A stretch of DNA of 64,000 bases from contig JAYKHS010000017.1 of assembly GCA_035285865.1 (NCBI GenBank), forward strand, positions 57,534 through 121,533. The letters run 5' to 3'. The notes beneath the pieces are model-generated. The model had not been told where the DNA came from. It worked only from the letters and a program-made list of their open reading frames with translations, and did no database searches. The stretch comes from Candidatus Sericytochromatia bacterium (GTDB taxonomy: Bacteria; Cyanobacteriota; Sericytochromatia; S15B-MN24; VGJW01). This document shows positions 29,734-39,222 of this stretch, piece by piece (within the stretch, counting starts at the first letter, position 1; each line of letters opens with the position of its first letter). Made by a program: the position numbers and the translations under genes.

Positions 29734-31631
29734 GCCACGGCGGACACCACGGCCACCTGCTCCGCGAGGACGATCACGAGCGGGCGTTCGACCCGATGCT
29801 GTTCCGCCATGTGCTGCGCTGGACACGTCCGGTTGCCGCCTGGCTGCTGGTCGGACTCGCGCTGCTGGTCCCGCTGAGTGCCGTGCCGGTCGTACTGCCG
29901 TGGATCGTCAAGCAGGCGATCGACGGGCCGCTGGGCGTGCAAGGAACGGTGCCGGTGCCTGCAACCGGACCGCTGGGGCTGGATCCGGGGTCTTGGCCGT
30001 GGCCGTCGGATCTGGTGGGGCTCGCGGTGCTTTATCTGGCGTTGCTGGTGGGCGAGTCCGTGCTGCGCTACGGCCAAGGCCTGATCATCCAGGGAGCCGG
30101 CCAGCGTGTCATCCGCCGGATCCGCGAGGAGACCTACGCGCACCTGTTGCGGCTGGACATGGCGGTATTCGACCGTCAGCCGGTGGGGCGTCTGGTCGCA
30201 CGGGTCACGTCGGACACCGAGAACATCAACGAGATGGTCACGGGCGTCCTCGTCGGACTCTTCCGGGATGTCTTCGTCATCGCGGGTACCGTCTGGGCCC
30301 TGTTCCGCCTCGATTCGACGCTGGCTTGGGTGGCGCTGGCAGCGGCGCCGATCATCGGGGGGCTGACGTTCGGATTCCGCAGGTGGTTGCGGTCTTCCTG
30401 GCGTGGGCTGCGGGTCCGGCAGGCCACGCTGATGTCCGTCATGTCCGAGAACCTGTCCGGGGTGCCCGTGCTGCAAGCCTTCGGGCGTGAAGATGCGGCC
30501 CAGGCGACTTTCCGGGACGAGGCCGACGCCTTCTACCGGACGGCGTGGAACCTTACGCACGTGCAGGGGATTCTCCGGCCTGCCATCGACCTCGCGACGC
30601 AGTTGGCCCTTGCGGCGGTGCTCTGGGCCGGTGGCCAGGCAGTCCTCGGGCACGGACTTGCCCTGGGAACCCTGTACGCCTTCACGGTCTACCTTCGGCA
30701 GCTCTTCAGCCCATTGGGCGAGCTGGCCGAGAAATACAACACGACGCTTGCCGCCTTTGCTTCGGCGGAGCGGTTGGTGCAACTGCAGGAGTCTCGCCCG
30801 ACCGTCTTGGCGCGTGGCGAAGGACCCTCCCTGCCTGAGGCCGAGGCCCTGCGTGCCCAGCCCCTGCGCTTCGAGGGAGTCGGCTTCGCCTATGCGCCAG
30901 ATGGGCCCGACGTGCTGGAAGACGTGACCCTGCTGCTGGCGCCGGGCGAGACCGTCGGGGTGGTGGGGGCGACGGGTGCGGGCAAGAGCAGTCTGCTGGG
31001 GCTGGTCGCCCGCTTTCACGATCCGGTCCGGGGCCGCCTGCTTGTCGGGGACGTGCCGCTGACGCGCTGGGACCCCGAGGCCTGGCGTCGGAATCTCGGC
31101 ATGGTCCTGCAGGAGCCGTTGCTGTTCCGGGGCACCCTGGGCGACAACCTCAGGATGGGCCGCGAGGATCTTCAGGACGAGCAGCTTCGGGCCGTCATGT
31201 CCGACGTGCTTGGCGAGGACCTCGAGCGGCGTTGGCCGGAGGCTCTCGCCACCCCCATGGGTGACCGCGGAGGCCTGCTCTCCACGGGCGAGCGCCAACT
31301 CGTTTGCCTTGCGAGGGCCTTGGCCACCGACCCGCCCCTGCTGGTGCTGGACGAGGCCACGGCAAGTGTCGACAGCGCCACCGAGGAAGCCATGCTGCGA
31401 CAGGTCGAGGCCCGGCGGGGGAAGGGGATGACCCTGGTCGTGGCCCATCGCCTCGCCACGGTGCGGGATGCGGACCGCATCGTCGTGCTGCATGCCGGTC
31501 GCGTCGTGGAGGAGGGCACGCATGCGGCCCTGCTGGCGGCTGGGGGTCGGTATGCGACCATGTGGGCGTTGCAGGCTGGCGAAGGCCAGTTGGCCGTAGC
31601 CGGGGGACAGGAGGCCGTTCTTGGAGACTGA
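29730..31631 (+). CDS. ABC exporter, TMD-NBD half (MdlB-like)
   Basis: GATGAGKS, degenerate signature LSTGERQ, LDEATASVD; His-rich N-terminus; ATGA overlap. Confidence 0.92.
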   Translation: MSHGGHHGHLLREDDHERAFDPMLFRHVLRWTRPVAAWLLVGLALLVPLSAVPVVLPWIVKQAIDGPLGVQGTVPVPATGPLGLDPGSWPWPSDLVGLAVLYLALLVGESVLRYGQGLIIQGAGQRVIRRIREETYAHLLRLDMAVFDRQPVGRLVARVTSDTENINEMVTGVLVGLFRDVFVIAGTVWALFRLDSTLAWVALAAAPIIGGLTFGFRRWLRSSWRGLRVRQATLMSVMSENLSGVPVLQAFGREDAAQATFRDEADAFYRTAWNLTHVQGILRPAIDLATQLALAAVLWAGGQAVLGHGLALGTLYAFTVYLRQLFSPLGELAEKYNTTLAAFASAERLVQLQESRPTVLARGEGPSLPEAEALRAQPLRFEGVGFAYAPDGPDVLEDVTLLLAPGETVGVVGATGAGKSSLLGLVARFHDPVRGRLLVGDVPLTRWDPEAWRRNLGMVLQEPLLFRGTLGDNLRMGREDLQDEQLRAVMSDVLGEDLERRWPEALATPMGDRGGLLSTGERQLVCLARALATDPPLLVLDEATASVDSATEEAMLRQVEARRGKGMTLVVAHRLATVRDADRIVVLHAGRVVEEGTHAALLAAGGRYATMWALQAGEGQLAVAGGQEAVLGD

Positions 31632-32106
31632 AGACCAAACAGAGGCTGCCGTCGTATCCGAACCCGCGCCCGCGACCTGGCGAACGCGCGTGGGGCGCCT
31701 CTTGGACATGGCGGCGTGGGCACTCGTGGCCGTGGTCGTCTGGCGCTTCCTCGGGCCTCAGGCGTCGGCGGATCTCGCCGGGGTGCGGGGTGTGGGCGGG
31801 GTGCTCGAACTGCCACCGGATCGACCGGCCGTGATCGAGGTGTCGTCGCACACCTGACCGGCCTGCGTCGCGATGGTGCCGGTCTGGCACCTGCTCGAAG
31901 CCCGCAGGGGCAGGGATGCGGCGTTCCGGGTGCTGTACCTGGACGAGGCGTCGGAGTCCGCCGCGGCCTTTGCCGTGCTCGAGGCGGCCCGTTCGCGCGT
32001 CACGCCAACCTTCCTGGTTCTGGACCGAAAGGGCCGTCCGGCGGCACGCTTCATGGGTGCCACGTCCTACATGGCGATCAGCGGGGCACTCGACGCGCTG
32101 CCCTGA
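31621..32106 (+). CDS. Membrane-anchored thioredoxin-fold selenoprotein (U-P-A-C; UGA read as Sec)
   Basis: Track ORFs 31621..31857 and 31873..32106 share a frame; TGA 31855-57 gives VIEVSSHT-U-PAC; cis-Pro motif TPTFLVLDRKG; RBS AGGAGG 6 nt before TTG; SECIS-like hairpin downstream. Confidence 0.85.
31858..31891 (+). promoter_or_regulatory. Bacterial SECIS-like element
   Basis: GGTGCC-GGTCT-GGCACC stem-loop (31875-31891) starting 18 nt after UGA; GGUCU apex as in E. coli fdhF SECIS. Confidence 0.75.
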
Positions 32107-32180
32107 GCGTTGCCGTTCCGGCCTGCGCCTGGGCCGATGCACCGCGAACGGAACCGGACCGTTCGGGCAGGTGCCTCAGC

Positions 32181-33620
32181 TCAGGAGCCCAGCCAGGCAC
32201 GCGCTGCCGCAAGCCGGTTGCTGTAGATCTGCAGGACGTCCTTACGCTCGTCGGGTGTCAGGCGGCTCTCGGGGTCGGCGGCTTTGAGGATGCGCTCCCC
32301 CGATCCTCCGGCATCCTTGGCGCCGGCGAGTGCCGTTGCCGCGGTCGTCAGTCTGTCGGCCACCTTGCCATCTGCCACGGCCTCGGCAAGGCCGTCAGCA
32401 TCCATCCAGGCTGCCGCCGCGAGTTCGGCAGGGTCCACCCCGTGCTCGCGGGCAACAGTCTCGAGGATGTCCCGATGCGGCTCCAGCGCAGCGGTTGCCT
32501 CTTCGCGGTCGAAGCCCCAGCCGTCCTCGGCCTGGGGCAAGGGCAGGTTGTCATCGCCCACGGCCTTGGCAGCCTGATCCACGAATTCGGGCATGTCCTC
32601 GCCCAGGCGTTCGAGGGTCGTTTCGTCGAGGCCCATGCGCCGGCCCGCCGCAACGGGATCCTTGCCCTGTCGCGCCGCGCCCAGCAGCTCGGCGGCCTGG
32701 TCCTCGTCCACGCCATAGGCTCGGGCGATGGCCTTGAGCACTTCCTGCAACGCCATGAGGTCCGCGAAGCTGCGGGGTGCCTGGGCCTGTGCCGGTACCC
32801 CGGAAGCCGGTGGTTCCGCCACGCCTCCGCTACGACCGCGCGAGGGCCGATAGGGTACTGGGCCGTCTGGCCGTCCATCCGAGGCGAGGGCGCCGCCCCC
32901 ACCGAGCGGGTTGCTGACGGGCGGCAGATCCGCGGCCGCACCGTCGTCGGCCCCGGCACCCGTCAGGCGGCCGTAGGCCATGATGCTGTTCAGGCGGCCC
33001 TCGTTCATGACGGTCCGATGCGCGGGCTGGCCGAAGCGGTTGCTCTCGAGCATCTCGGTCGGACGCCCCTGGGCGTCGACCTTGGAGACGACGCCGACAT
33101 GGTCGGACTTGCCGTCCTTGTCCCAGTCGAAGAACATGACGTCGCCGACGTGGGCCGGGGAGCGCCGATCGACGAGCTGCTGTTCCTTGCGGAAGTACTG
33201 GATCATCGACGGGCAGTAGTGGGGGTTGTAGCCCTTGGCCTTCATGTCCTTGCCCAGAGCGAAGCCTGCCCGGTCGTAGCTGTCGGCCACGAAGTCGGCG
33301 CAGCAGCCGACCTTGCCCGGGCTGTGGTAGTACCGCGTCGTCAGGTTGGGCGGGTATTTGTAGCCGCCTTCGATCAGGCTGCGGGCACCCTTGACCACGT
33401 CGTTGCCGAAGGTCGCCCGGGGATTGGCTGCCTTGGCGGCGGCTACGGCATCCGACAGCGAGCGAGCTTCAGACATGCGCCCCGTCGTGGACAACTGGTC
33501 CCTGACGGGGCCCGTCGTGCCGAGCGGGGCCGTGGCCCTAGCCGCAGGGAGGCTCCGGGAGAGGGGGGCGGATCCATGAAGGGGGCGTGCGCCGCCCGGG
33601 CGCTGCACGGGGTCTGGCAT
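32181..33620 (-). CDS. CHAP/NlpC-P60-like amidase domain protein
   Basis: CCADFVADSY; GDVMFFDW......DHVGVV; ESN; no signal peptide; start chosen from promoter-motif spacing. Confidence 0.8.
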   Translation of the reverse strand: MPDPVQRPGGARPLHGSAPLSRSLPAARATAPLGTTGPVRDQLSTTGRMSEARSLSDAVAAAKAANPRATFGNDVVKGARSLIEGGYKYPPNLTTRYYHSPGKVGCCADFVADSYDRAGFALGKDMKAKGYNPHYCPSMIQYFRKEQQLVDRRSPAHVGDVMFFDWDKDGKSDHVGVVSKVDAQGRPTEMLESNRFGQPAHRTVMNEGRLNSIMAYGRLTGAGADDGAAADLPPVSNPLGGGGALASDGRPDGPVPYRPSRGRSGGVAEPPASGVPAQAQAPRSFADLMALQEVLKAIARAYGVDEDQAAELLGAARQGKDPVAAGRRMGLDETTLERLGEDMPEFVDQAAKAVGDDNLPLPQAEDGWGFDREEATAALEPHRDILETVAREHGVDPAELAAAAWMDADGLAEAVADGKVADRLTTAATALAGAKDAGGSGERILKAADPESRLTPDERKDVLQIYSNRLAAARAWLGS

Positions 33621-33658
33621 ACGGTGGTCATACCCGGGGGCTGGGGTATCCTTGGGGC

Positions 33659-35524
33659 ATGGGCACCAACATCGTACGCACGTGGAGTGCGTCCGTCTCC
33701 GCACCTCCCGAGTCCGTCTGGACATGGGTGGCCGACACGCGCCGCTTCAACCGGGCGCTGGGTGTGGATTTCCCGCTGACGGGCTACGAAGGATCGCCAG
33801 AGGGCGAGGTCGACCTTTATGGCACGCATGACCTCGGACGCTTCCGCGAGCAGCCGTTCCAGTGGATCGAGCCCGAGTCCTTCGCCTCTTGCCGCGAGTT
33901 CATCGAGGGCCCCCTCGAGGAGCTGCGGACGCAGGTCCGTCTGGCCCCCGGCGTGGATGACTCCGATGGGCCGATGACTCACCTCCAATACACCGTGAAG
34001 TGCGTGGTGCGCGAGGGCGTGCCCGAGGAGGTGACGGGAGCGCTCGACGGCATGCTCACGTCCTTCGGTGGGGGCATCCTCGACCTCTGCGCGGCGATGA
34101 ACGCACGTTATCGTGCAGGCCAGCCGGCGGTGTACGTGCCGCCACCCCCTGAACTGGACGATGCTGCGTTGGCGCGAATCGCGGCCATCGGCGACCGCTT
34201 GCGCCAGAACGGGCGTCTGTCGCCGGTCGCGATCGACCGCCTGCTCGCTCTGGTGCGCACGGGCGGGGATGTCGAGGCCTGGCGGATGCGCCCGATCGCG
34301 CTTGCCAGGGCTTGGGGCATCCCGTCGCACGAGGTCGTGCGCGTGTTCCTGCACGCGACGCAGGCCGGCCTGCTGGATCTGCATTGGGAGATGACCTGCC
34401 CCCATTGCCGGGGCGTGGCCGAGGATCGGGGGCATCTGGCCGAGGTCACGGCTGTTGCGGCCTGTGCGTACTGTGTGGTGGAGGTGACTCCGGATCTGGC
34501 CTCATCGGTCGAGGTGACGTTCCGCCCGAATGCCGCGGTGCGGCGCATCGAGTTCAGGATGTACTGCTCCGGCGGACCCTTGGCCATGCCTCACGTGCTC
34601 TCGCAGGTGGTCGTGCCGCCGCATGACAGTCGAGAACTGCTGCTCGATCTGGGGCACGGTGCGTACCGCGTCCGGGCCCAGTGGCGGCAGCAGGCATGCA
34701 TTGTCGAGATCGCGGAAGCGGCCGGTCCCGGGGCGGGCCAACCCGAACTGGTCGAACTGCGGTGTGGCGATGGCGGCCTCGACAGGGCGCAACTGCAGCA
34801 CGCTTCGGGGCGCTTCCGCCTTGCCGTGGACAATGTCTCGGACAAGCCGATCCGGCTGCTCGTCGAGCGTACGGCGTGGGCGGACGATCGCCTTACGGCG
34901 GCGGCCTTGACCAGCCATCGCGACTTCCGGCACATGTTCGGCCACGAGGTTCTGGCACAGGGTACGCAGGTGACGTTGTCCCGGCAGACCATCCTCTTCA
35001 CGGACCTCAAGAACTCGACCCAGATGTACGAGGACATCGGGGATGCCCTGTCGTTCAGCTTGGTGCGCGACCACTTCGTCGTGATGGACGAGGCCATCGA
35101 CGCCTTCGGGGGGGCCATTGTCAAGACCATCGGGGATGCCGTGATGGCGGTGTTCGACGACCCGGTCGCGGCCGTGCGTTCGGCGTTCCGGATGCAGCGG
35201 GAGCTGCAGGCCTTCAATGCCACTTCGGGACGACCGCCCCTGACGCTCAAAGTAGGGATCCACGCAGGGCCGGGCATTGCCGTGACATTGAATGATCGCC
35301 TCGACTACTTCGGTACGACCGTCAACATGGCTGCGCGCGTCCAGGGCGAGTCGGTCGGGGACGACATCGTCCTCTCCGAGGCCGTTTGTGCCGACCCCGG
35401 CGTTCGCGACCTCCTCGCGGCCGAGGCCGCGCCCCGCGAACCGTACAAGGCCACGCTCAAGGGCCTCGGGGGCCAGCACGAACTGACGCGCCTCTGGCCC
35501 TTGCGCGTCCCGGCCCGGGTCTGA
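33659..35524 (+). CDS. Class III adenylate/guanylate cyclase with SRPBCC-like and DUF5939-like domains
   Basis: ILFTDLKNST.MYE, VKTIGDAVMA, DYFGTTVNMAAR; CPHC...CAYC zinc ribbon. Confidence 0.9.
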   Translation: MGTNIVRTWSASVSAPPESVWTWVADTRRFNRALGVDFPLTGYEGSPEGEVDLYGTHDLGRFREQPFQWIEPESFASCREFIEGPLEELRTQVRLAPGVDDSDGPMTHLQYTVKCVVREGVPEEVTGALDGMLTSFGGGILDLCAAMNARYRAGQPAVYVPPPPELDDAALARIAAIGDRLRQNGRLSPVAIDRLLALVRTGGDVEAWRMRPIALARAWGIPSHEVVRVFLHATQAGLLDLHWEMTCPHCRGVAEDRGHLAEVTAVAACAYCVVEVTPDLASSVEVTFRPNAAVRRIEFRMYCSGGPLAMPHVLSQVVVPPHDSRELLLDLGHGAYRVRAQWRQQACIVEIAEAAGPGAGQPELVELRCGDGGLDRAQLQHASGRFRLAVDNVSDKPIRLLVERTAWADDRLTAAALTSHRDFRHMFGHEVLAQGTQVTLSRQTILFTDLKNSTQMYEDIGDALSFSLVRDHFVVMDEAIDAFGGAIVKTIGDAVMAVFDDPVAAVRSAFRMQRELQAFNATSGRPPLTLKVGIHAGPGIAVTLNDRLDYFGTTVNMAARVQGESVGDDIVLSEAVCADPGVRDLLAAEAAPREPYKATLKGLGGQHELTRLWPLRVPARV

Positions 35525-35531
35525 GGGCGGC

Positions 35532-36914
35532 GTGCGGCAGCCGGCACTCTCACCGCTTGACGGCAGGTACCGGGACAAGGTCACCGGGCTCGCCGTCCTG
35601 CTCTCCGAGGAAGGCCTGAACCGGGGCCGGATCCGGGTCGAGGTGGCATACCTGCGGGCCTTCCTCGAGATCCTCGATGTGCCGGCGGTGCGCACGGTGG
35701 ACGAGGCGTCGTGGTCGACGCTGGTGGCATGCAACGACGCGGACCTCGCCGACCTCGCGGCACGCGAGCGGGTGTTGCGGCATGACGTGAAGGCCGTCGA
35801 ACATCTGCTGCGCGACCGGGTGGCCGCACATCCGGTGCTGGGTCCGTGGGCCGGCCACGTGCACCTCGGCCTGACGAGCGAGGACGTCAACAATCTTGCG
35901 TGGGGCCTCGCCGTGGTCGAGGCTTGGCGCGTCGTGCTGCGTCCGGCCCTCGTGACTCTGGTCGCGGCCTTGGCCGACCTCGCAGAGGCTGCTGCAGACC
36001 AGCCCATGCTGGCTCGGACGCACGGCCAGCCTGCTACGCCCACGACGCTGGGCAAGGAGCTGGCGGTGTTCGTGGTGCGTCTTGCCGACGGCCTCGCCGA
36101 GGCGGATCGTTGCATCCCCGGCGGCAAGCTGACGGGGGCGACGGGGACACATGGAGCGTTGTCCGTCGCCTTTCCGCACATCGACTGGTCGGCCTTCGGC
36201 AGCCGTTTCGTCGCGGGTCTGGGGCTCGAGCCCGTGCGCCTGACGACCCAGGTCGAGCCTCGGGATCGTCTGGCCGCACACCTCGATGCCCTGCGCCGAC
36301 TGGCGGTGGTGGTGCTCGACATGGATCAGGATTTTTGGCGCTACGTCTCCGATGGCTGGTTGCAGCAGCGCAAGGTCGCGGAGGAGGTCGGGTCGAGCGC
36401 CATGCCCCACAAGATCAACCCCATCGACTTCGAGAACAGCGAGGGCAACATGGGCCTCGCCGTCGCCCTGCTGGGCCACATGGCGGTCAAGTTGCCGCAG
36501 AGCCGGCTGCAGCGGGATTTGTCCGACTCGACGGTCTTGCGCAACCTGGGCGTGGCGTTGGGACACTGGCTGCTGGGCGTGACGTCGGCAAGCGCCGGAC
36601 TCGCGCGCGTCGCGCCCGACACGGTGGCCATGGACGCGGCCCTGCAGGACCACCCCGAGGTCCTGGCCGAAGCGTGGCAGGTGGCGCTCCGGGCACATGG
36701 CGTGACCCACGCCTACGAGCGCCTGAAGGACCTCACCCGGGGGCGCACCGCAGACGCGGATGCCCTGCGCACGTTGCTGGACGATCCGGCAATTCCCGAG
36801 GAGCTGCGTGTCCGGCTCGGGGCGATGAGGCCCGCGGACTTCGTTGGCCAGGCTCCGGCGCTTGCACGCGCGGCGGTGGCGGACGTCCGGGCCCGGCTCA
36901 GCCTCCCAGCGTGA
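35532..36914 (+). CDS. purB: Adenylosuccinate lyase
   Basis: LSPLDGRY, HDVKAVE, TSEDVNN, RTHGQPA, GSSAMPHKINPIDFENSEGN. Confidence 0.96.
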   Translation: MRQPALSPLDGRYRDKVTGLAVLLSEEGLNRGRIRVEVAYLRAFLEILDVPAVRTVDEASWSTLVACNDADLADLAARERVLRHDVKAVEHLLRDRVAAHPVLGPWAGHVHLGLTSEDVNNLAWGLAVVEAWRVVLRPALVTLVAALADLAEAAADQPMLARTHGQPATPTTLGKELAVFVVRLADGLAEADRCIPGGKLTGATGTHGALSVAFPHIDWSAFGSRFVAGLGLEPVRLTTQVEPRDRLAAHLDALRRLAVVVLDMDQDFWRYVSDGWLQQRKVAEEVGSSAMPHKINPIDFENSEGNMGLAVALLGHMAVKLPQSRLQRDLSDSTVLRNLGVALGHWLLGVTSASAGLARVAPDTVAMDAALQDHPEVLAEAWQVALRAHGVTHAYERLKDLTRGRTADADALRTLLDDPAIPEELRVRLGAMRPADFVGQAPALARAAVADVRARLSLPA

Positions 36915-38448
36915 AGCGGGCCAGCGCCCGGGATTGCTGCTTCAGTACCGTCTCGGGCTTGCGGTCCATGTCGGCCGCCGAGTAGCGCGGCACCCCCCGG
37001 ACCGTGACGGTCAGACGCGGGCCCGCCACGGCGAACTCGGTCCACGTGTAGCCGTGCCCAAGGCCCCAGGTGCCATGCTCGAGCCGGCCAAGTTCCGGTG
37101 GGAGGCCGATGGGGTCGAGGCCCTGGACCCGCAGTTGCGTGTCGATGAGTTGCAGCATCAGTCGGTCCCGGTCGGCCATGCCGGCCTTGGCATAGCGGGC
37201 ACGGACCTGTTGGCCCAGGATAGGTGAAGTCGCACGGATCAGGCGCTCGCCCAGGATGAAGTCCACCCCGGTCGGACCGGTCAGGATCTCGATGGGGGTC
37301 CGGTCCGGCGGCAGCACGCCGAGGGTCCGGCTGCCGTCGACCTCGTTCACCAGGGTTCCGTGGTGGTCGGCACCGATGAAGACGACGTGCCGGATGCCGT
37401 CGTCGCGCAAGAAGCGCAGCAGCTCCATGCGTTCCTCCGGCCAGCCCTCGTACCGATCGCCTGCGCCGGCAAGGCCCAGGTTCTGGACGGGGACGGGCAC
37501 GAGCACGAACTTCCAGTGGACGCCGTCCCGCTCGGCCGCGCGCAGCTCGCCCTTGAGCCAGTTCATCTGCGCCGTGCCGAGCATGCGCCGGCCAGGCCGA
37601 TTGGCCTGCAGGAGGTATCCTGCCCAGCCCAGCGGGTCGAAGGTCTTGACCTTGGCCACGGGCGCGGTGCGGAACGAGCGCCCGTCCACCATCGCCAGCA
37701 TCGCGTCACGCCCGAGGCGTCGCGCGCGGCAGAGCCGCGGCAGGCCGCCGATGCTCCCGGGCGCGCCCGCCTCCCAGCGCTCCGCCGCGATTGGCATCAT
37801 GGCTTCGAAGGCCCCTACGCCGGCCCGATAGCGTGGACCGCGGGCGAAGGGTACTCCGCCGACACGCGCCATGCCGGCAAAGTCGTTGACCACCTCATGG
37901 TCGTCGATCATGGCGAAGAGCCCGGTGGCGGCGCGGGCCCGTTGCCATGTGTCGAGGCCGTGGCGCGGCGTCAGGCCCTCGCGATGCCGGCCCAGATAGT
38001 CCGCGTAGGTGACGGCATCGGCCTTGGCCTGCAGCGAGGGTTCGTCCCCGTATATCGTGTCGCCCAGGGCCACCATGAAATCGAGGTCGCGGTCCGGGAC
38101 GTCCGCGATGGCCGTATAGGGCTGCAGGTCCTGGCTCCAGTCGCCCGTGACCCCGAAGCGAACCGGTACGGCGGCATTCCGGTGGGGCAGGGTGCGGAAG
38201 CGACCCGTGCTGGCCCGGCCATCTGCGGTCACGATTCGGACGGTGTGGTTCGTGCCCGGCGCGAGGCCAGCGATGTGCCACTTGGCCGGTCCGACGCCGG
38301 CGCGTCCTTCGAGGATGGCCACGGGGGGTGCCGAGTCGGTCGTGCGCACCTCCACCCGGACCGGTCCTGCCTTGTCGACCCAGGCCCAGAGGACGGCACT
38401 CGCGTCCGTCAGATCGCCGGTGGCGAGGCCGTGCAGCAGGTCCAGCAT
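36898..38448 (-). CDS. phoD: Alkaline phosphatase D (PhoD) family
   Basis: HG.ATGD, LGDTIYGD, DDHEVVND, MLG..Q..WL, DRYEG, GADHH. Confidence 0.85.
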   Translation of the reverse strand: MLDLLHGLATGDLTDASAVLWAWVDKAGPVRVEVRTTDSAPPVAILEGRAGVGPAKWHIAGLAPGTNHTVRIVTADGRASTGRFRTLPHRNAAVPVRFGVTGDWSQDLQPYTAIADVPDRDLDFMVALGDTIYGDEPSLQAKADAVTYADYLGRHREGLTPRHGLDTWQRARAATGLFAMIDDHEVVNDFAGMARVGGVPFARGPRYRAGVGAFEAMMPIAAERWEAGAPGSIGGLPRLCRARRLGRDAMLAMVDGRSFRTAPVAKVKTFDPLGWAGYLLQANRPGRRMLGTAQMNWLKGELRAAERDGVHWKFVLVPVPVQNLGLAGAGDRYEGWPEERMELLRFLRDDGIRHVVFIGADHHGTLVNEVDGSRTLGVLPPDRTPIEILTGPTGVDFILGERLIRATSPILGQQVRARYAKAGMADRDRLMLQLIDTQLRVQGLDPIGLPPELGRLEHGTWGLGHGYTWTEFAVAGPRLTVTVRGVPRYSAADMDRKPETVLKQQSRALARFTLGG

Positions 38449-38489
38449 GGTTAGGAGACTCCTTCCTCCCATGGTAGCCTTGCCCAGCC

Positions 38490-39188
38490 ATGTGCGGTCG
38501 CTATGTCCTCCTGGCCCCGCCCCGCCGTCTGGCCGAGGTCTTCGGGGTGACGGTGCCAGACGACATGGGGCCGCGCTGGAACATCGCGCCGACGCAGCGG
38601 GTGGGGCTGGTGCGGCAGACCGGAGCGACGCGGCTGTGGGACGAGGCCGGCTGGGGCCTGGTGCCGGGGTGGGCACGGAGCTTTCGTCCCGGGCCCGTCA
38701 ATGCGCGGATCGAGTCGGTCGCGGAAAAGCCGACCTTCCGCGAGGCCCTGCGCCGTCGGCGCTGCCTGGTCCCGGCCTCGGCCTGGTACGAGTGGACCGG
38801 CGGAGGCAAGACCAAGCAAGCGTGGGCCATGGAGCCGATTTCCGGTGAGCCCGTCGCCTTTGCGGGGCTGTGGGAGGACTGGGGAACGGGCGACGCGATG
38901 CAGCGAACGGTGGCCTTCCTGACGACCGAAGCCACGGGGCGGTTGGCCGAGGTCCATCATCGGATGCCCGTGCTGCTCGGGCGCGCGACGTGGGAGCGCT
39001 GGCTCGATCCCGGGCTGACGGACGCGTCGGCGGCCCTCGCCTGCGTGGCGGACCTGCCGGACGGCAGCGTGGTGCCGCGCAGGGTCGGCCGGGCCGTGCA
39101 TCGCGCAGGCTTAGAGGGTCCCGAATGCCTGGCCTCTCCCGAAGCCGCGGAGGACGCGCCGACAGGCGGGCAGCTGGGGCTCTTCTGA
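38490..39188 (+). CDS. SOS response-associated peptidase (SRAP/YedK)
   Basis: MCGRY N-terminus, NIAPTQ, NARIE, YEW, HHRMP. Confidence 0.95.
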   Translation: MCGRYVLLAPPRRLAEVFGVTVPDDMGPRWNIAPTQRVGLVRQTGATRLWDEAGWGLVPGWARSFRPGPVNARIESVAEKPTFREALRRRRCLVPASAWYEWTGGGKTKQAWAMEPISGEPVAFAGLWEDWGTGDAMQRTVAFLTTEATGRLAEVHHRMPVLLGRATWERWLDPGLTDASAALACVADLPDGSVVPRRVGRAVHRAGLEGPECLASPEAAEDAPTGGQLGLF

Positions 39189-39222
39189 CTGCGCCGGGCT
39201 CCCGGGAGCTGGCGCGTCGTGT

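Noticed and set aside
31716..33779. Long alternative-frame ORFs (also 29661-31709, 45074-47242, 34502-36322)
   Set aside because: Shadow ORFs expected in high-GC DNA; they overlap well-supported genes and show no recognisable motifs
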